64,000 nucleotides of DNA. Source: Bacteriovoracia bacterium. GTDB taxonomy: Bacteria > Bdellovibrionota > UBA1018 > CAIPTA01. Position numbers and translations under genes: made by a program. Within the stretch, counting starts at the first letter, position 1. Each line of letters opens with the position of its first letter. The notes beneath the pieces are model-generated. The model had not been told where the DNA came from. It searched no databases and was given only the letters and a program-made list of their open reading frames with translations. Positions 27,990 to 37,942 of the stretch are shown here, in pieces. The stretch lies in NCBI GenBank assembly GCA_050246755.1, contig JBFWVL010000003.1, positions 64,001 through 128,000 of the forward strand, in the 5' to 3' direction.

Positions 27990-28418
27990 ATGGCCCAAGT
28001 CTGTGAATTGACGGGGAAACGCCCGGCTTACGGAAATAAAGTAAGTCACTCGAACATCAAAACGCGCACGCGCTGGATGCCGAACTTAAGAAGTAAAAAG
28101 TACGAGATCCCAGAATTGAAACAAACAATTTCTCTTTTGCTCTCCAGCCGCGCGATCCGCACGATCGACAAATTGGGTGGGATCACTCCAGCGATTTTCG
28201 CGATGAAAGAAGCGCTCCTCTCGGAACAGCTCCAGAGCGTACGTCGCAAAATCCACAGCTCGCGCGTGAAGCGTACCGCTGCTGGCAAGACCGAAGAAGG
28301 CAAAGCGGCCGCTACCGCAAAAGCTTCTGCGAAAATCGCCAAGGCCGCCGCTCCTAAAGCAGCTGCGCCGAAAGCCGCAAAAGCAAAAACTGCTCCGAAA
28401 AAAACCGCGAAGAAGTAG
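27990..28418 (+). CDS. rpmB: 50S ribosomal protein L28 with long Ala/Lys-rich C-terminal extension
   Basis: MAQVCELTGKRPAYGNKVSHSNIKTRTRWMPNL; GGAGG SD. Confidence 0.93.
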   Translation: MAQVCELTGKRPAYGNKVSHSNIKTRTRWMPNLRSKKYEIPELKQTISLLLSSRAIRTIDKLGGITPAIFAMKEALLSEQLQSVRRKIHSSRVKRTAAGKTEEGKAAATAKASAKIAKAAAPKAAAPKAAKAKTAPKKTAKK

Positions 28419-28419
28419 T

Positions 28420-29049
28420 TTAGCGGCTTCTGAAAAGAAGCTTCTTAAGCTCTTCCAAACGACGCACTATTTCCTGAGGAGGAAGTGGTGCGTTTTGTTT
28501 TTCTGGCAGCGAGGACGATGGCGCGGACAAATCAGCCGGGCGGACAACTGCGCTAGCAGAGTCTCCGGACTCCACCACGCGCAGGCGGAATTTTTCCTTG
28601 AACATTCCGGCATTGAATTTCTCGCAGCAAGTAGCGCAGGCGTACATATGCATTTTCCGCTTTGCCGGAATCCGGCGCAGGCAGCCCGGGCATTCGTACC
28701 AGTATTTGATCGGGCGTTCTTTGGGCACGGTATTAAAACGCTTGGCGCCCACGCGTTTTAATATTTCGTAAAATTCCGGGGTATGGCCGTAGGGCCGCTG
28801 CTTATGCCAAAGAAAATAGTGAATCATCTCGTGCAGCATGGTGTCGCGCACGTGATCCTGGCCGTCCGGTAAATCGCGGAGGTAAGAGGCCACTTCGATC
28901 TTCGGCGCCCGCTGAAAAAATCGGCTCCGCGATCCAGGCGAAAATCTTCCGGCCGTGGAGCTCAGGCGGGAATTCCAGGCGAGCGTGGGTGGCGGCAGCT
29001 CGCCGGAAAAATGCTCGATATTTAATTCTTGGAAAATAAGGGCCAACAT
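28420..29049 (-). CDS. SprT-like zinc metalloprotease
   Basis: WNSRLSSTAG, HEMIH, HTPEF, CxxC...CxxC. Confidence 0.88.
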   Translation of the reverse strand: MLALIFQELNIEHFSGELPPPTLAWNSRLSSTAGRFSPGSRSRFFQRAPKIEVASYLRDLPDGQDHVRDTMLHEMIHYFLWHKQRPYGHTPEFYEILKRVGAKRFNTVPKERPIKYWYECPGCLRRIPAKRKMHMYACATCCEKFNAGMFKEKFRLRVVESGDSASAVVRPADLSAPSSSLPEKQNAPLPPQEIVRRLEELKKLLFRSR

Positions 29050-29202
29050 TTTTTCGTTTCTTAGGTTACTTCATTCGTCGGAGCGGTGCCGAGATTTATT
29101 CGATTTTCATGCCGGACCTAAAACGGGTAGGCCCTAAATGTTCTTGTGCTTTTTGCTTGGGTGTTCGAAAAATGAACTCCCACTAGCCTAAAGGAAACCA
29201 TT

Positions 29203-30588
29203 TTGCCGAACGTGGAAGTATCCGTTGTTCTGCCCGCCCTCAATGAAGCCGCGAATCTGCGGGTGCTCGTTCCTCAGCTTTTTGCTCTCGGCGGCGTGGC
29301 CGAGGTGATCGTGATCGACGATGCCTCCCACGATGATTCCCAGGCGGTCTGCGCGGCGCTCGCGCGTTCTTATCCTGGCCGGTTTCGCTCGCTCCGCAAC
29401 CACGTACGGCTCGGCTTGGCCTGCTCCACGCTTCAGGGCCTGAAGGCCGCCCAGTTTCGCTTTGCAATCGTGCGCGATTCCGATCTTAATCACGATTTGG
29501 GAACCATTTCTCTATTGGTAAAAGCCGCTGAAGATGGAGCGCAGCTTGCCGTGGGCAGCCGCTATCTTGAAGGGCGCAAGCTCGTGGGCCGCCTGAACGA
29601 TCTGTTTAGTATCGCCCTGAGCGCTTTTTTATTCCGGCTATTCGGGAAAATTTCGGACTGGACCTACGGCTACTACCTGCTGGATTGCCACCTGCTGGAA
29701 GACCTTCCTGTGGGCTGGATTTTTCAAGGCCGGGGAGAATATACGCTGCGGCTCTATCGCACCTTACTCGGCCGTCCGGATTTTCGCATGGAGGAAGTTC
29801 CCACTCTGGTGAAACCGAGGGGCAACGGGTTAAGCACCACCCGCGTGTTTCGCCATGGCCTGGCTTATCTGCTGGCGGCCCGCGAGCTGGTGCCTTTGCC
29901 TTCGCGTGTTCACTCCTACCTTGATACCACCGTGGATGGCTGGCTTAGCGCAGGCCCAGGACACGCCGGTTCGGGGCACGGCTCTCTCGGAGCGAGGGCC
30001 CGGGCCGCGCTCACCAAAAAAATTGCCTCTGCGCCACGCTTGGCGGTGCTGGATTTAGGTTGCGGCAACGGAGCCTTCACGCGCTCCTGGCTCCCCGAGC
30101 AAATTGCGGTGGACGGAATAGACCGCAGTGCGCGCGCATTGGCAATGGCCGCCGAGCGCGGTTACCGGCGCGCTCTGTTCGCCCAGCTTCCCGAGCTGCC
30201 TCCCGAAATTCACGGAGAAAATTACGGGGGGATTCTTTGCTTCGAAGTATTGCAATACCTTCGCTGGGAAGAGCTAATACGATTATTCGCGAATTGCCGG
30301 GATCTGGCCGACGCCGACGCACGGTTGTTTTGCCTGATCCCTAACCGGAACTCCCTATTGCACCGCCTGCGCCGGGCTGTTTTCCCCTCCCATGTGGACT
30401 ACAGGATGAGCCACGATCTCGCACTCCTGTGTGCTGCGGCCGAATCTGCCGGCTGGCGCACCGTGAGCGCGTGGGGTGCGATGCACGGGAGGGCGAAGGC
30501 GGGTGCGCTCCGCGTGCACGAGCCCGCCTTCTGGCATTCGCTGGCTCTGCTGGAGTTCGCGCCTTTCCAATTGACGATCGCGGATTGA
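29203..30588 (+). CDS. GT2 glycosyltransferase (DPM-synthase-like) fused to class I SAM methyltransferase
   Basis: SVVLPALNE, IDDASHD, DSDLNH, GSRY; C-half VLDLGCGNG, GIDRS. Confidence 0.82.
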   Translation: MPNVEVSVVLPALNEAANLRVLVPQLFALGGVAEVIVIDDASHDDSQAVCAALARSYPGRFRSLRNHVRLGLACSTLQGLKAAQFRFAIVRDSDLNHDLGTISLLVKAAEDGAQLAVGSRYLEGRKLVGRLNDLFSIALSAFLFRLFGKISDWTYGYYLLDCHLLEDLPVGWIFQGRGEYTLRLYRTLLGRPDFRMEEVPTLVKPRGNGLSTTRVFRHGLAYLLAARELVPLPSRVHSYLDTTVDGWLSAGPGHAGSGHGSLGARARAALTKKIASAPRLAVLDLGCGNGAFTRSWLPEQIAVDGIDRSARALAMAAERGYRRALFAQLPELPPEIHGENYGGILCFEVLQYLRWEELIRLFANCRDLADADARLFCLIPNRNSLLHRLRRAVFPSHVDYRMSHDLALLCAAAESAGWRTVSAWGAMHGRAKAGALRVHEPAFWHSLALLEFAPFQLTIAD

Positions 30589-30599
30589 TTCTCTAGATT
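30571..30599 (+). promoter_or_regulatory. sigma-70 promoter, leaderless
   Basis: TTGACG-N17-TAGATT-N8-ATG. Confidence 0.65.
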
Positions 30600-30607
30600 T
30601 GGTTTCC

Positions 30608-31678
30608 ATGAAAAAGCGCATTGGTTTAGTGGGGTACGGTTTCATATCGGGAAAAGGGCATGTGCCTGCTTTCGCGAAACGGGACGACGTGGAAATCGTA
30701 GCCGTGGCCGATATCTGCGAGGCAAGGCGTGATTTGGCGCGCCAGGCGCTTCCCCAGGCGAAGATTTATTCTACCTACCGGGAGCTGTTAGCTGGCGAAA
30801 AGAATCTCGATATCCTCGATATTGCTTCCCCCCCCGCCGTGCACGCCGAGATCGCGGTGGCCGCCCTGGAAAAAGGCATCCACGTGCTTTGCGAGAAACC
30901 TCTGGCCACCAGCACTGAACAAGCGAGGGCTATGCTTTCGGCCGCCGAGAAAAACAAGCGCGTGCTCTTTCCTTGCCATAATTATAAGCACGCGCCGGTG
31001 GTGAAGCTGATCCAGGAAGTGATCGATTCCGGCCGCATCGGCGCGGTGAAGAGCGTCACTTTGCAAACCTTCCGCAATACCCACGCCAAGGGCGTGAAAG
31101 AATGGCGTACCGACTGGCGACGCGATTTCGCCACGAGCGGCGGCGGTATCGGGATGGACCACGGCTCGCATACTTTTTACCTTACTTTTTCCTGGCTGAA
31201 ATCCCTGCCGATTTGGCTTTCCGCGAAGGCCCTTAATCTCTCCACCGAGTGGGATACCGAGGATAATCTCACCGCCACGGTGGAGTTCCCGGGAAAGCGC
31301 TACGCCCACTCTTACCTTTCCTGGACCGCCGGCATGCGTAAAGTGATCTATACGATTCAGGGCGAAAAGGGCGGAATCGTCGTGAACGACGACGATGCCG
31401 AGATCTCGGTGGGCTTCCCGAATACTGGTTCCCACGCCGGCACGGGGGATCACAAAGTGGAGAAGTTCACGATTGAAAGCGACTGGATGGATGCTTCGCA
31501 TACCAAATGGTTTAATTCGATGTTCGATAAGTTCCTCGGCTGTATCGCGAAGAACGATTTCGTGAACGACGAGATCCGCGAATCGTACGCTTGCGTGGAG
31601 ATTATCGAAAAATGTTACCGCTCGAGTGAGCAGAACTCGGCTGGGCTGAAACTCGAAACGGATTATACGCATGTTTAA
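30608..31678 (+). CDS. Gfo/Idh/MocA-family oxidoreductase
   Basis: IGLVGYG, HVLCEKPLA, SGGGIGMDHGSH. Confidence 0.93.
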   Translation: MKKRIGLVGYGFISGKGHVPAFAKRDDVEIVAVADICEARRDLARQALPQAKIYSTYRELLAGEKNLDILDIASPPAVHAEIAVAALEKGIHVLCEKPLATSTEQARAMLSAAEKNKRVLFPCHNYKHAPVVKLIQEVIDSGRIGAVKSVTLQTFRNTHAKGVKEWRTDWRRDFATSGGGIGMDHGSHTFYLTFSWLKSLPIWLSAKALNLSTEWDTEDNLTATVEFPGKRYAHSYLSWTAGMRKVIYTIQGEKGGIVVNDDDAEISVGFPNTGSHAGTGDHKVEKFTIESDWMDASHTKWFNSMFDKFLGCIAKNDFVNDEIRESYACVEIIEKCYRSSEQNSAGLKLETDYTHV

Positions 31679-31937
31679 CTCCGCCGAAACCGCCGCGAAG
31701 ATCGAGGCAAAAATCCGAGAAGCCCTGAATCCAGTAGAGTTCGAGCTCGAAGACCAGTCCTATATGCACGCCGGCCATAAGAGCGCTGGCGGGGGCGGGC
31801 ATTTCTTCGTGAGGGTGAAATCGGCCAAGTTCAATGGCTTAGCCCCGTTGGCGCGGCAGCGGCTGGTGATTGCCGCCGTGGGCGCCCTGATGGACCGCGA
31901 AGTGCACGCACTCTCAATGCAATGCCAGCCAGCCTAG
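31671..31937 (+). CDS. bolA: BolA-family protein
   Basis: EDQSYMHAGH, HFFVRVKSAKF, ARQRLV, VHALS. Confidence 0.92.
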   Translation: MFNSAETAAKIEAKIREALNPVEFELEDQSYMHAGHKSAGGGGHFFVRVKSAKFNGLAPLARQRLVIAAVGALMDREVHALSMQCQPA

Positions 31938-32083
31938 AAAACTATGGCACCACGGGACTCGGCGCGTCAATGATCCGCCCCAGGTGAGGGAAAAACCTTG
32001 TAATTTTGCGCACAATCCACTAAAAAATCGAAGTCCCCAAATTTGGAAAACCTCTTAAACGAGCAATGTCGTAAGGAACACAA

Positions 32084-34192
32084 ATGTCTGCCTATTCGTT
32101 AGAAAAAATTCGTAATATCGGGATCTCTGCTCACATCGATTCCGGAAAAACCACGCTTTCGGAGCGCATTCTTTTCTACACCGGAAAGATCCACGCTATT
32201 CACGAAGTAAAAGGCAAAGACGGCGTGGGCGCCGTGATGGATTCCATGGACCTTGAGCGCGAGAAGGGCATCACGATTCAGTCGGCCGCCACTTTCTGCG
32301 AGTGGAAAGACATTAACATCAATTTGATCGATACCCCCGGACACGTGGATTTCACCGTGGAAGTGGAGCGCTCGCTCCGCGTTCTCGACGGAGCCGTGAT
32401 GGTTCTCTGCGGCGTATCCGGCGTGCAGTCGCAGTCGATCACCGTAGACCGCCAGATGAAACGCTATAACGTTCCCCGTTTGGCTTTCATCAATAAGCTC
32501 GACCGTGCCGGCGCGAATCCTTTCCGCGTGATCCAAGCGATCCGCGAGAAATTGTTCCTCAATGCCGCCGCCATCCAGATTCCTGTGGGCCTCGAAGACC
32601 AGCACAAAGGCGTGGTGGATCTAGTGAGAATGAAGACCTATTTCTTCGACGGCGAGAACGGCGAACACGTCCGTGAAGAAGCGATTCCAGCCGACATGGC
32701 GGATCTCGCTAAAGAAAAACGCGAAGAGTTGATTTCCAAGCTGGCCGACGTAGACGAAGAGCTCGGCGAGAAATTCTTGATGGAAGAAGAGATCACCGAA
32801 GAATTGCTCACGGCCGCAATTCGCCGCCAGACCATTCTGCTGAAGTTCGTGCCCGTGCTCATGGGTTCCGCCTTCAAAAACAAAGGCGTTCAGCCTCTCT
32901 TGGATGCCGTGGCCGCTTACTTGCCTAGCCCTCCGGAAGTTCGTAACGAAGCCCTCGATCAGAACAAAGGCGAGGCGAAAGTGGAAATTCCCTCGGACCC
33001 TAAGGCTCCGCTGGTTGCGCTTGCTTTCAAGCTCGAAGACGGACGTTACGGCCAGCTCACTTACATGCGGATTTACTCCGGCTCGGTGAAAAAAGGCGAC
33101 ATGATCATGAACGTGTCGCAAGGCGATAAAAAGGTGAAAATCCCTCGGATCGTGCGCATGCACTCCTCCGTAATGGGAGACGTAGAAGAAGCCCGCGCCG
33201 GCGACATCTGCGCCTTCTTCGGCGTGGAATGCGCATCGGGCGATACCTTTACCGACGGCACTCAGCGCGTGACCATGACTTCCATGTTCATTCCTGCGGC
33301 CGTAATTTCTCTAGCCGTAGCTCCCAAAGACAAAGCCGGTTCGGCTTCTTTCTCTAAAGCGCTCAACCGCTTCACGAAAGAAGACCCGACCTTGCGCGTG
33401 CACCGTGATGAAGAGTCGGCCGAAACCATTCTCAGTGGCATGGGCGAGCTTCACCTCGAGATCTATATCGAGCGTATGAAGCGTGAATATAATTGCGAAG
33501 TGATCGCCGGTAAGCCTCAAGTGGCCTTCCGGGAAGCGATCAACAGCGCTGCTAACTTCAACTACACCCACAAGAAGCAAACCGGTGGTACCGGGCAGTT
33601 CGCGAAGGTGGTGGGCATCATGGAACCGATTCGTCCTCTCGATCTGCTGAAGCCTTATGAGTTCGTTGACGAAGTGGTCGGCGGAGCGATTCCGCGAGAA
33701 TACATCCCTTCCTGCGACAAGGGCTTCCAAGAGCAGCTCAAGAAAGGTCAGCTAATCGGCGCTCCTGTGGTAGGCGTGCGAATGAAAGTGGTAGACGGCT
33801 CTTACCACGACGTAGATTCCTCCGACCTTGCCTTCCGTATCGCCGCCATGGCCGCGATACGCGAAGTTTACATGTCGGCCAAGCCCACCATTCTCGAGCC
33901 AATCATGAAGCTCGAAGTGCAGGCTCCCGAGGAATTCCAGGGCTCCGTGATGGGCCAAGTGAACCAGCGCCGTGGCGTGATCCAGGGCTCTTCCACCATG
34001 GAAGGCTACGTAACGATCGAAGCCCAAGTTCCTCTTGTGGAAATGTTTGGTTACTCCACGGATCTTCGTTCTGCTACTCAAGGTAAGGGCGAGTTTACGA
34101 TGGAATTCGCGGAATACCAGTCGGTACCTCGCAACGTGCAGGAAGAAATGGTCAAGAAGTACCAAGAGAAGAAAGCCAAAGAACAGAAATAA
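32084..34192 (+). CDS. fusA: Elongation factor G (mtEFG1-like type)
   Basis: [49 protein letters not shown]. Confidence 0.97.
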   Translation: MSAYSLEKIRNIGISAHIDSGKTTLSERILFYTGKIHAIHEVKGKDGVGAVMDSMDLEREKGITIQSAATFCEWKDININLIDTPGHVDFTVEVERSLRVLDGAVMVLCGVSGVQSQSITVDRQMKRYNVPRLAFINKLDRAGANPFRVIQAIREKLFLNAAAIQIPVGLEDQHKGVVDLVRMKTYFFDGENGEHVREEAIPADMADLAKEKREELISKLADVDEELGEKFLMEEEITEELLTAAIRRQTILLKFVPVLMGSAFKNKGVQPLLDAVAAYLPSPPEVRNEALDQNKGEAKVEIPSDPKAPLVALAFKLEDGRYGQLTYMRIYSGSVKKGDMIMNVSQGDKKVKIPRIVRMHSSVMGDVEEARAGDICAFFGVECASGDTFTDGTQRVTMTSMFIPAAVISLAVAPKDKAGSASFSKALNRFTKEDPTLRVHRDEESAETILSGMGELHLEIYIERMKREYNCEVIAGKPQVAFREAINSAANFNYTHKKQTGGTGQFAKVVGIMEPIRPLDLLKPYEFVDEVVGGAIPREYIPSCDKGFQEQLKKGQLIGAPVVGVRMKVVDGSYHDVDSSDLAFRIAAMAAIREVYMSAKPTILEPIMKLEVQAPEEFQGSVMGQVNQRRGVIQGSSTMEGYVTIEAQVPLVEMFGYSTDLRSATQGKGEFTMEFAEYQSVPRNVQEEMVKKYQEKKAKEQK

Positions 34193-34212
34193 GTCGAATT
34201 TTCTGGGACGAC

Positions 34213-34248
34213 AAAAGCCTCGGCATCACTGCCGGGGCTTTTTCTTTT
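34213..34248. terminator. Bidirectional intrinsic terminator
   Basis: AAAAGCCTCGGCA-tcac-TGCCGGGGCTTTTT. Confidence 0.85.
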
Positions 34249-35518
34249 AGGGGAGGATCAACGGATCGATCACGCAGAACTGGGATCCGCTGGCCACGTA
34301 GGCATGGGTGGCGAGAGCTTCGATCGGGCCACGCGGCGGCGTGCAGGTGGTGCCGTCGCACCCACCACCGGTACCACCGAGGCCGAGCGCGGGATCCCCG
34401 CCATTGCCGTACTGGCGATTCACCTCGAGGGCCGAGGGTGTAACGGTGGCGAGGGAGACATCCCGCGCGATATCGGCGGCGAGAGAAGTATCAGCGCGGG
34501 CCGCGATCGTGGCTTCATAAAAAGTGCGCTTCACCATTCCCGGAGGGCAGAGTCCGCTGGATCCAACTCTGGCGGCGTAGCCGTAGGTCTCACTCGCCTG
34601 CGCGGGTGCTGAGTTCAGCAGAATGGGAACCTGAAAATTTCCGATTTGTTCCGAGTAAAGCCCAAAAGCCTTCGCGATATTCTGGCCGGTGGTGCCGGCT
34701 GTGCAATCGTATTGCTTCGCTTGGCGGTTACAGAGCACGTTCGTACCGCCGGCGTTGTAAACCTGGTCGGTCATCTGCTTGAACATATTCGTGCTGTAGT
34801 TGTCCTTGAACAAGAAGAAAGGATACTTGATTTGCACGAAGCAAAAGTTACCGCCGTTGCCGGCACCGGAGCCGCAGAGGCTGAGCGTGGTATTGCAGTT
34901 GAAGGTAACGGAGGTGGTATTCGTGCCCACTTTTTCTAAATAATTATACTGGCAGAGGTAGCGCGAAACGGTGCGCACCTTGTTCACGTCGAGCTCGGTG
35001 CCCACCAGCGATTGCGGGGTAATCACCGTCTCCACACTGCTGGCCGCGCTTACTTTCGTGCCCGCAATATTACGGAGCCGCACCTTGGTGAGAGTGGCGA
35101 GGGGGGAAAGGCTGGTATTGTAGGCGCAGGAAAAGAAATTACCGATGGAATCGTAGGAGGGAGTGGACGCGAGGCCGGGGATCACGAAATCCACGCCGCC
35201 CGAATCCGTGCCCATGAACTCGCATTGGCAGCCGGTGCCGGCCGCGTTGCAGGTGGTGGCCATCACCGTATTGGAATTGGCGATTCCCTGCAGGTAGATG
35301 GTGCGCGAAGTAGCCACGTCGTTGGGGTCGCGGTAGGCGAAATTAAAGCGGAAGGTATCGGAGTTGGCCGTGTCTACGGCCACCACGTCGAGCTTCTTTG
35401 CGCCTAAAACTTTGGGTTTTGATTCTAGGCAGGCGGGGGCCAGGAGAATCAAGCCGAGCGGCAGGATTCTGAGCATCCAGTCCTTGAAGGTTGCCATCCT
35501 AGCGTGCTTCTTTTCCAT
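34247..35518 (-). CDS. Cys-rich exported protein/lipoprotein, paralog A
   Basis: Hydrophobic N-terminus followed by Cys; CNAAGTGCQCEF, FGLYSE, YGYAA...SSGLCPPG, FCVI; start uncertain. Confidence 0.78.
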   Translation of the reverse strand: MEKKHARMATFKDWMLRILPLGLILLAPACLESKPKVLGAKKLDVVAVDTANSDTFRFNFAYRDPNDVATSRTIYLQGIANSNTVMATTCNAAGTGCQCEFMGTDSGGVDFVIPGLASTPSYDSIGNFFSCAYNTSLSPLATLTKVRLRNIAGTKVSAASSVETVITPQSLVGTELDVNKVRTVSRYLCQYNYLEKVGTNTTSVTFNCNTTLSLCGSGAGNGGNFCFVQIKYPFFLFKDNYSTNMFKQMTDQVYNAGGTNVLCNRQAKQYDCTAGTTGQNIAKAFGLYSEQIGNFQVPILLNSAPAQASETYGYAARVGSSGLCPPGMVKRTFYEATIAARADTSLAADIARDVSLATVTPSALEVNRQYGNGGDPALGLGGTGGGCDGTTCTPPRGPIEALATHAYVASGSQFCVIDPLILP

Positions 35519-35546
35519 TCGAGCCTCCTCCGGCCAAGCCGGTTTT

Positions 35547-36776
35547 CTAAAGTGTGTCCACTAGGGCTTTCGGGATCACGCATACCACCGGGCTGAGCGG
35601 GGTATAGGCCACGGCCTGCACGGTGGAAACCCCGCCGAAAGTGGCCGTTTTGCAATTGCCGTCCACGCCACTGCACTGGGTTTGGTTGGGCTGGCGAAAA
35701 ACGTTGAAGGTGGCGGGCTGGCTCGTCTCGATCACCGTATTGTTTAGAATCCCGTCGCCCACGTTGAGGAAGTTCGAAGCCGGATTCAAGCCGTCGATGC
35801 TGCCCGCGGTAATGGAAGCAGGCTGGGCCATGTAGGGACGCACCTGCACTAGCCCGGTGGGGCAGTTGCCGGAGCTGTCGGGCGCAGCGGCGTAGCCGTA
35901 GGTGGAGGTGAGGTCCGGAGTATTCGCGAGTTGCTCGGGCGCCCTCGTCATCTGGATTTTGATGGTGAAGGGGCCGGCCGGCTCGGAGTAAAGGCCGTAG
36001 CGTTTATCGGGGCTGCTGCTGCCGCAGTTGGCGCGGGCAAATTCGGCGTCGGGCCGTAAGCAGATCGTGGGCCAGAAGGAGGCCGTGAACTTCGAGTTCT
36101 TATTCCCGCCGCCCGCGTTATTGTCGAATACGTAGTAGTCGTAGTTCGCCATGATCAGCCCGAGTTTTTGGTTCAATACGCAGTTGATGCAGGAAGAGCC
36201 ACCGCCGGCGCATTGGCTGGTCACGCCTTCGCCTTCAAAGAAGGTGCGCGAGCAGGAGTATTTGTAGATTTTATTTACTTTATTCAAGCTGAGGTCGCCG
36301 ATCACTTCCTGCAGGGTGAGGGTATTCTTGATGAGCACAAAGCCGGTGGTCTTTTTGCCATCGATGGTGCGCAGGCGCACGCGGTTGAAATCGGAAACGG
36401 GGTCGGCGCCGGCGATGGTGCAATTGAAGGAATTGTTTTCTTTGCTGATGCCCACGTTCGTTAGGGAGGAAGTGACGGTGGTATTGTTGCCAACTTTATA
36501 GAAGTCACAGGTGCAGCTCGCGCCCGTGACCCCGCAGGTATTCACGAGTCCGGCGGCGGCGGTACTACGCACGCCCTGCACTTGCACCACGCGGCTCGTG
36601 CCTTCGCGGTAGGCGAAGCTGAGGGAAAAGGTATCGGCGTCGGTGGCGGCGGTGCCAGTTCCGGCGGAGGCTTTTTTACCGAGAGTTTTCGTCTCGGAGC
36701 CTAGGCAGCCTACCAAAAATAGGCAGAGAAGAATCGTGGCACTCAGGCCAGAGAAAAGGCGGAATATAGACATCAT
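35547..36776 (-). CDS. Cys-rich lipoprotein, paralog B
   Basis: Lipobox LVGC; CGVTGASCTCDF, YGLYSE, YGYAA...SSGNCPTG, VCVI; GGGAG SD. Confidence 0.8.
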   Translation of the reverse strand: MMSIFRLFSGLSATILLCLFLVGCLGSETKTLGKKASAGTGTAATDADTFSLSFAYREGTSRVVQVQGVRSTAAAGLVNTCGVTGASCTCDFYKVGNNTTVTSSLTNVGISKENNSFNCTIAGADPVSDFNRVRLRTIDGKKTTGFVLIKNTLTLQEVIGDLSLNKVNKIYKYSCSRTFFEGEGVTSQCAGGGSSCINCVLNQKLGLIMANYDYYVFDNNAGGGNKNSKFTASFWPTICLRPDAEFARANCGSSSPDKRYGLYSEPAGPFTIKIQMTRAPEQLANTPDLTSTYGYAAAPDSSGNCPTGLVQVRPYMAQPASITAGSIDGLNPASNFLNVGDGILNNTVIETSQPATFNVFRQPNQTQCSGVDGNCKTATFGGVSTVQAVAYTPLSPVVCVIPKALVDTL

Positions 36777-36847
36777 GTCTCCCTTCTTATGTATTCTATC
36801 GTCCATAATAGGGAGAAACAACAGCATGCAACTAGCTGATTTTATTG

Positions 36848-37888
36848 CTAAAAATTCCGTGTAAGGAGGCGTGCCAAACGGGAGATTTCTGTGGTGCGTT
36901 GGGCGTTGGCATCGATATCTTTGGCGTAGAACTCGGAAGAGAGCACGTTGTTACGCAGAATGTCGATCGTTTCCACGTCTCCATTATCAAGGGCCTTGGA
37001 GCGAAGCAGGAGGGCGGAGATGCCCGCAAAGTGGAAGTATCCGTCGAGGGAGGCAGGATCTACCGAGACATTCGCGGCCAATAGCAAGATCGGCCAAGTA
37101 ATATCGCGGAAACTGAGGGAGGCCATTTCTTGGCTCCCCATTTTTACCTCGGAAAGATTACGGGCGAGGTATTCGAGGGCGTCGGTGCGTTTTTCCACCA
37201 GGAAGCTTTTGCGGAATAGGGAAATTGGGTCCAAGAGGGCAAAGCCTTTTTCCCCTAAGTACTCCACTCGGTAGAGGCTGTTACGACGCAGGAATAAGGC
37301 CGTGGCGCGCGCTTTGCTCGATGCTTCTTGTTTATACTCAAAAAGAAAAGCCGGCGTGTCTGCCTGGCGCATTACATTCACCACGGCCACTCCGGGCAGC
37401 CAGCGTTTCGCCGCGTGAAGCAGGGCCGGCTTGGCTAGAAACAATTGCAGGGGCGAAAGGCCTTCGGGGGACTGGCCCTGGCTCTGGCGAATGGCGGCCT
37501 CGAGGAAGAGGGCTTCTCGGGCCTGGCTTTCGGGGAAAAAGCGAATGGCCCAGGAGTCGGTTTCCGTTTTGCGTCCATAGTACACGATGCGGTCTCGCGC
37601 CCGCCGGGAGTCCGTATCGGGCTGGAAGAGAACCGTGATGCGTTCCAAAAAACGCTCAGGGGGCCCCTTTTTATATTCCAGCTTTGGGAGGGCCCGCACG
37701 CCTTTCAGCGAGGGCAGGGGACTCATTAATTCGTAGAAAGGGAGAGTTTTTTCGGTATCGATCACCGCACTCGATACTTCCCGTATTTCCACGCGCGGCA
37801 TACTGCTCTGCAGGAAAGCGCCGTAGGCAAACCATCCGGTTACGGCGAGCAGGGGGAGGGCAAGAATGGAGAGAAGAATGCGCTTCAT
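36848..37888 (-). CDS. Hypothetical protein with N-terminal membrane anchor
   Basis: 346-aa ORF with N-terminal hydrophobic segment; no motif recognised. Confidence 0.7.
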   Translation of the reverse strand: MKRILLSILALPLLAVTGWFAYGAFLQSSMPRVEIREVSSAVIDTEKTLPFYELMSPLPSLKGVRALPKLEYKKGPPERFLERITVLFQPDTDSRRARDRIVYYGRKTETDSWAIRFFPESQAREALFLEAAIRQSQGQSPEGLSPLQLFLAKPALLHAAKRWLPGVAVVNVMRQADTPAFLFEYKQEASSKARATALFLRRNSLYRVEYLGEKGFALLDPISLFRKSFLVEKRTDALEYLARNLSEVKMGSQEMASLSFRDITWPILLLAANVSVDPASLDGYFHFAGISALLLRSKALDNGDVETIDILRNNVLSSEFYAKDIDANAQRTTEISRLARLLTRNF

Positions 37889-37942
37889 GGTTCAGACTCC
37901 GAAACCGTGTTATTGTGGAAATTATAGGCTGGGAGCTTTGGT

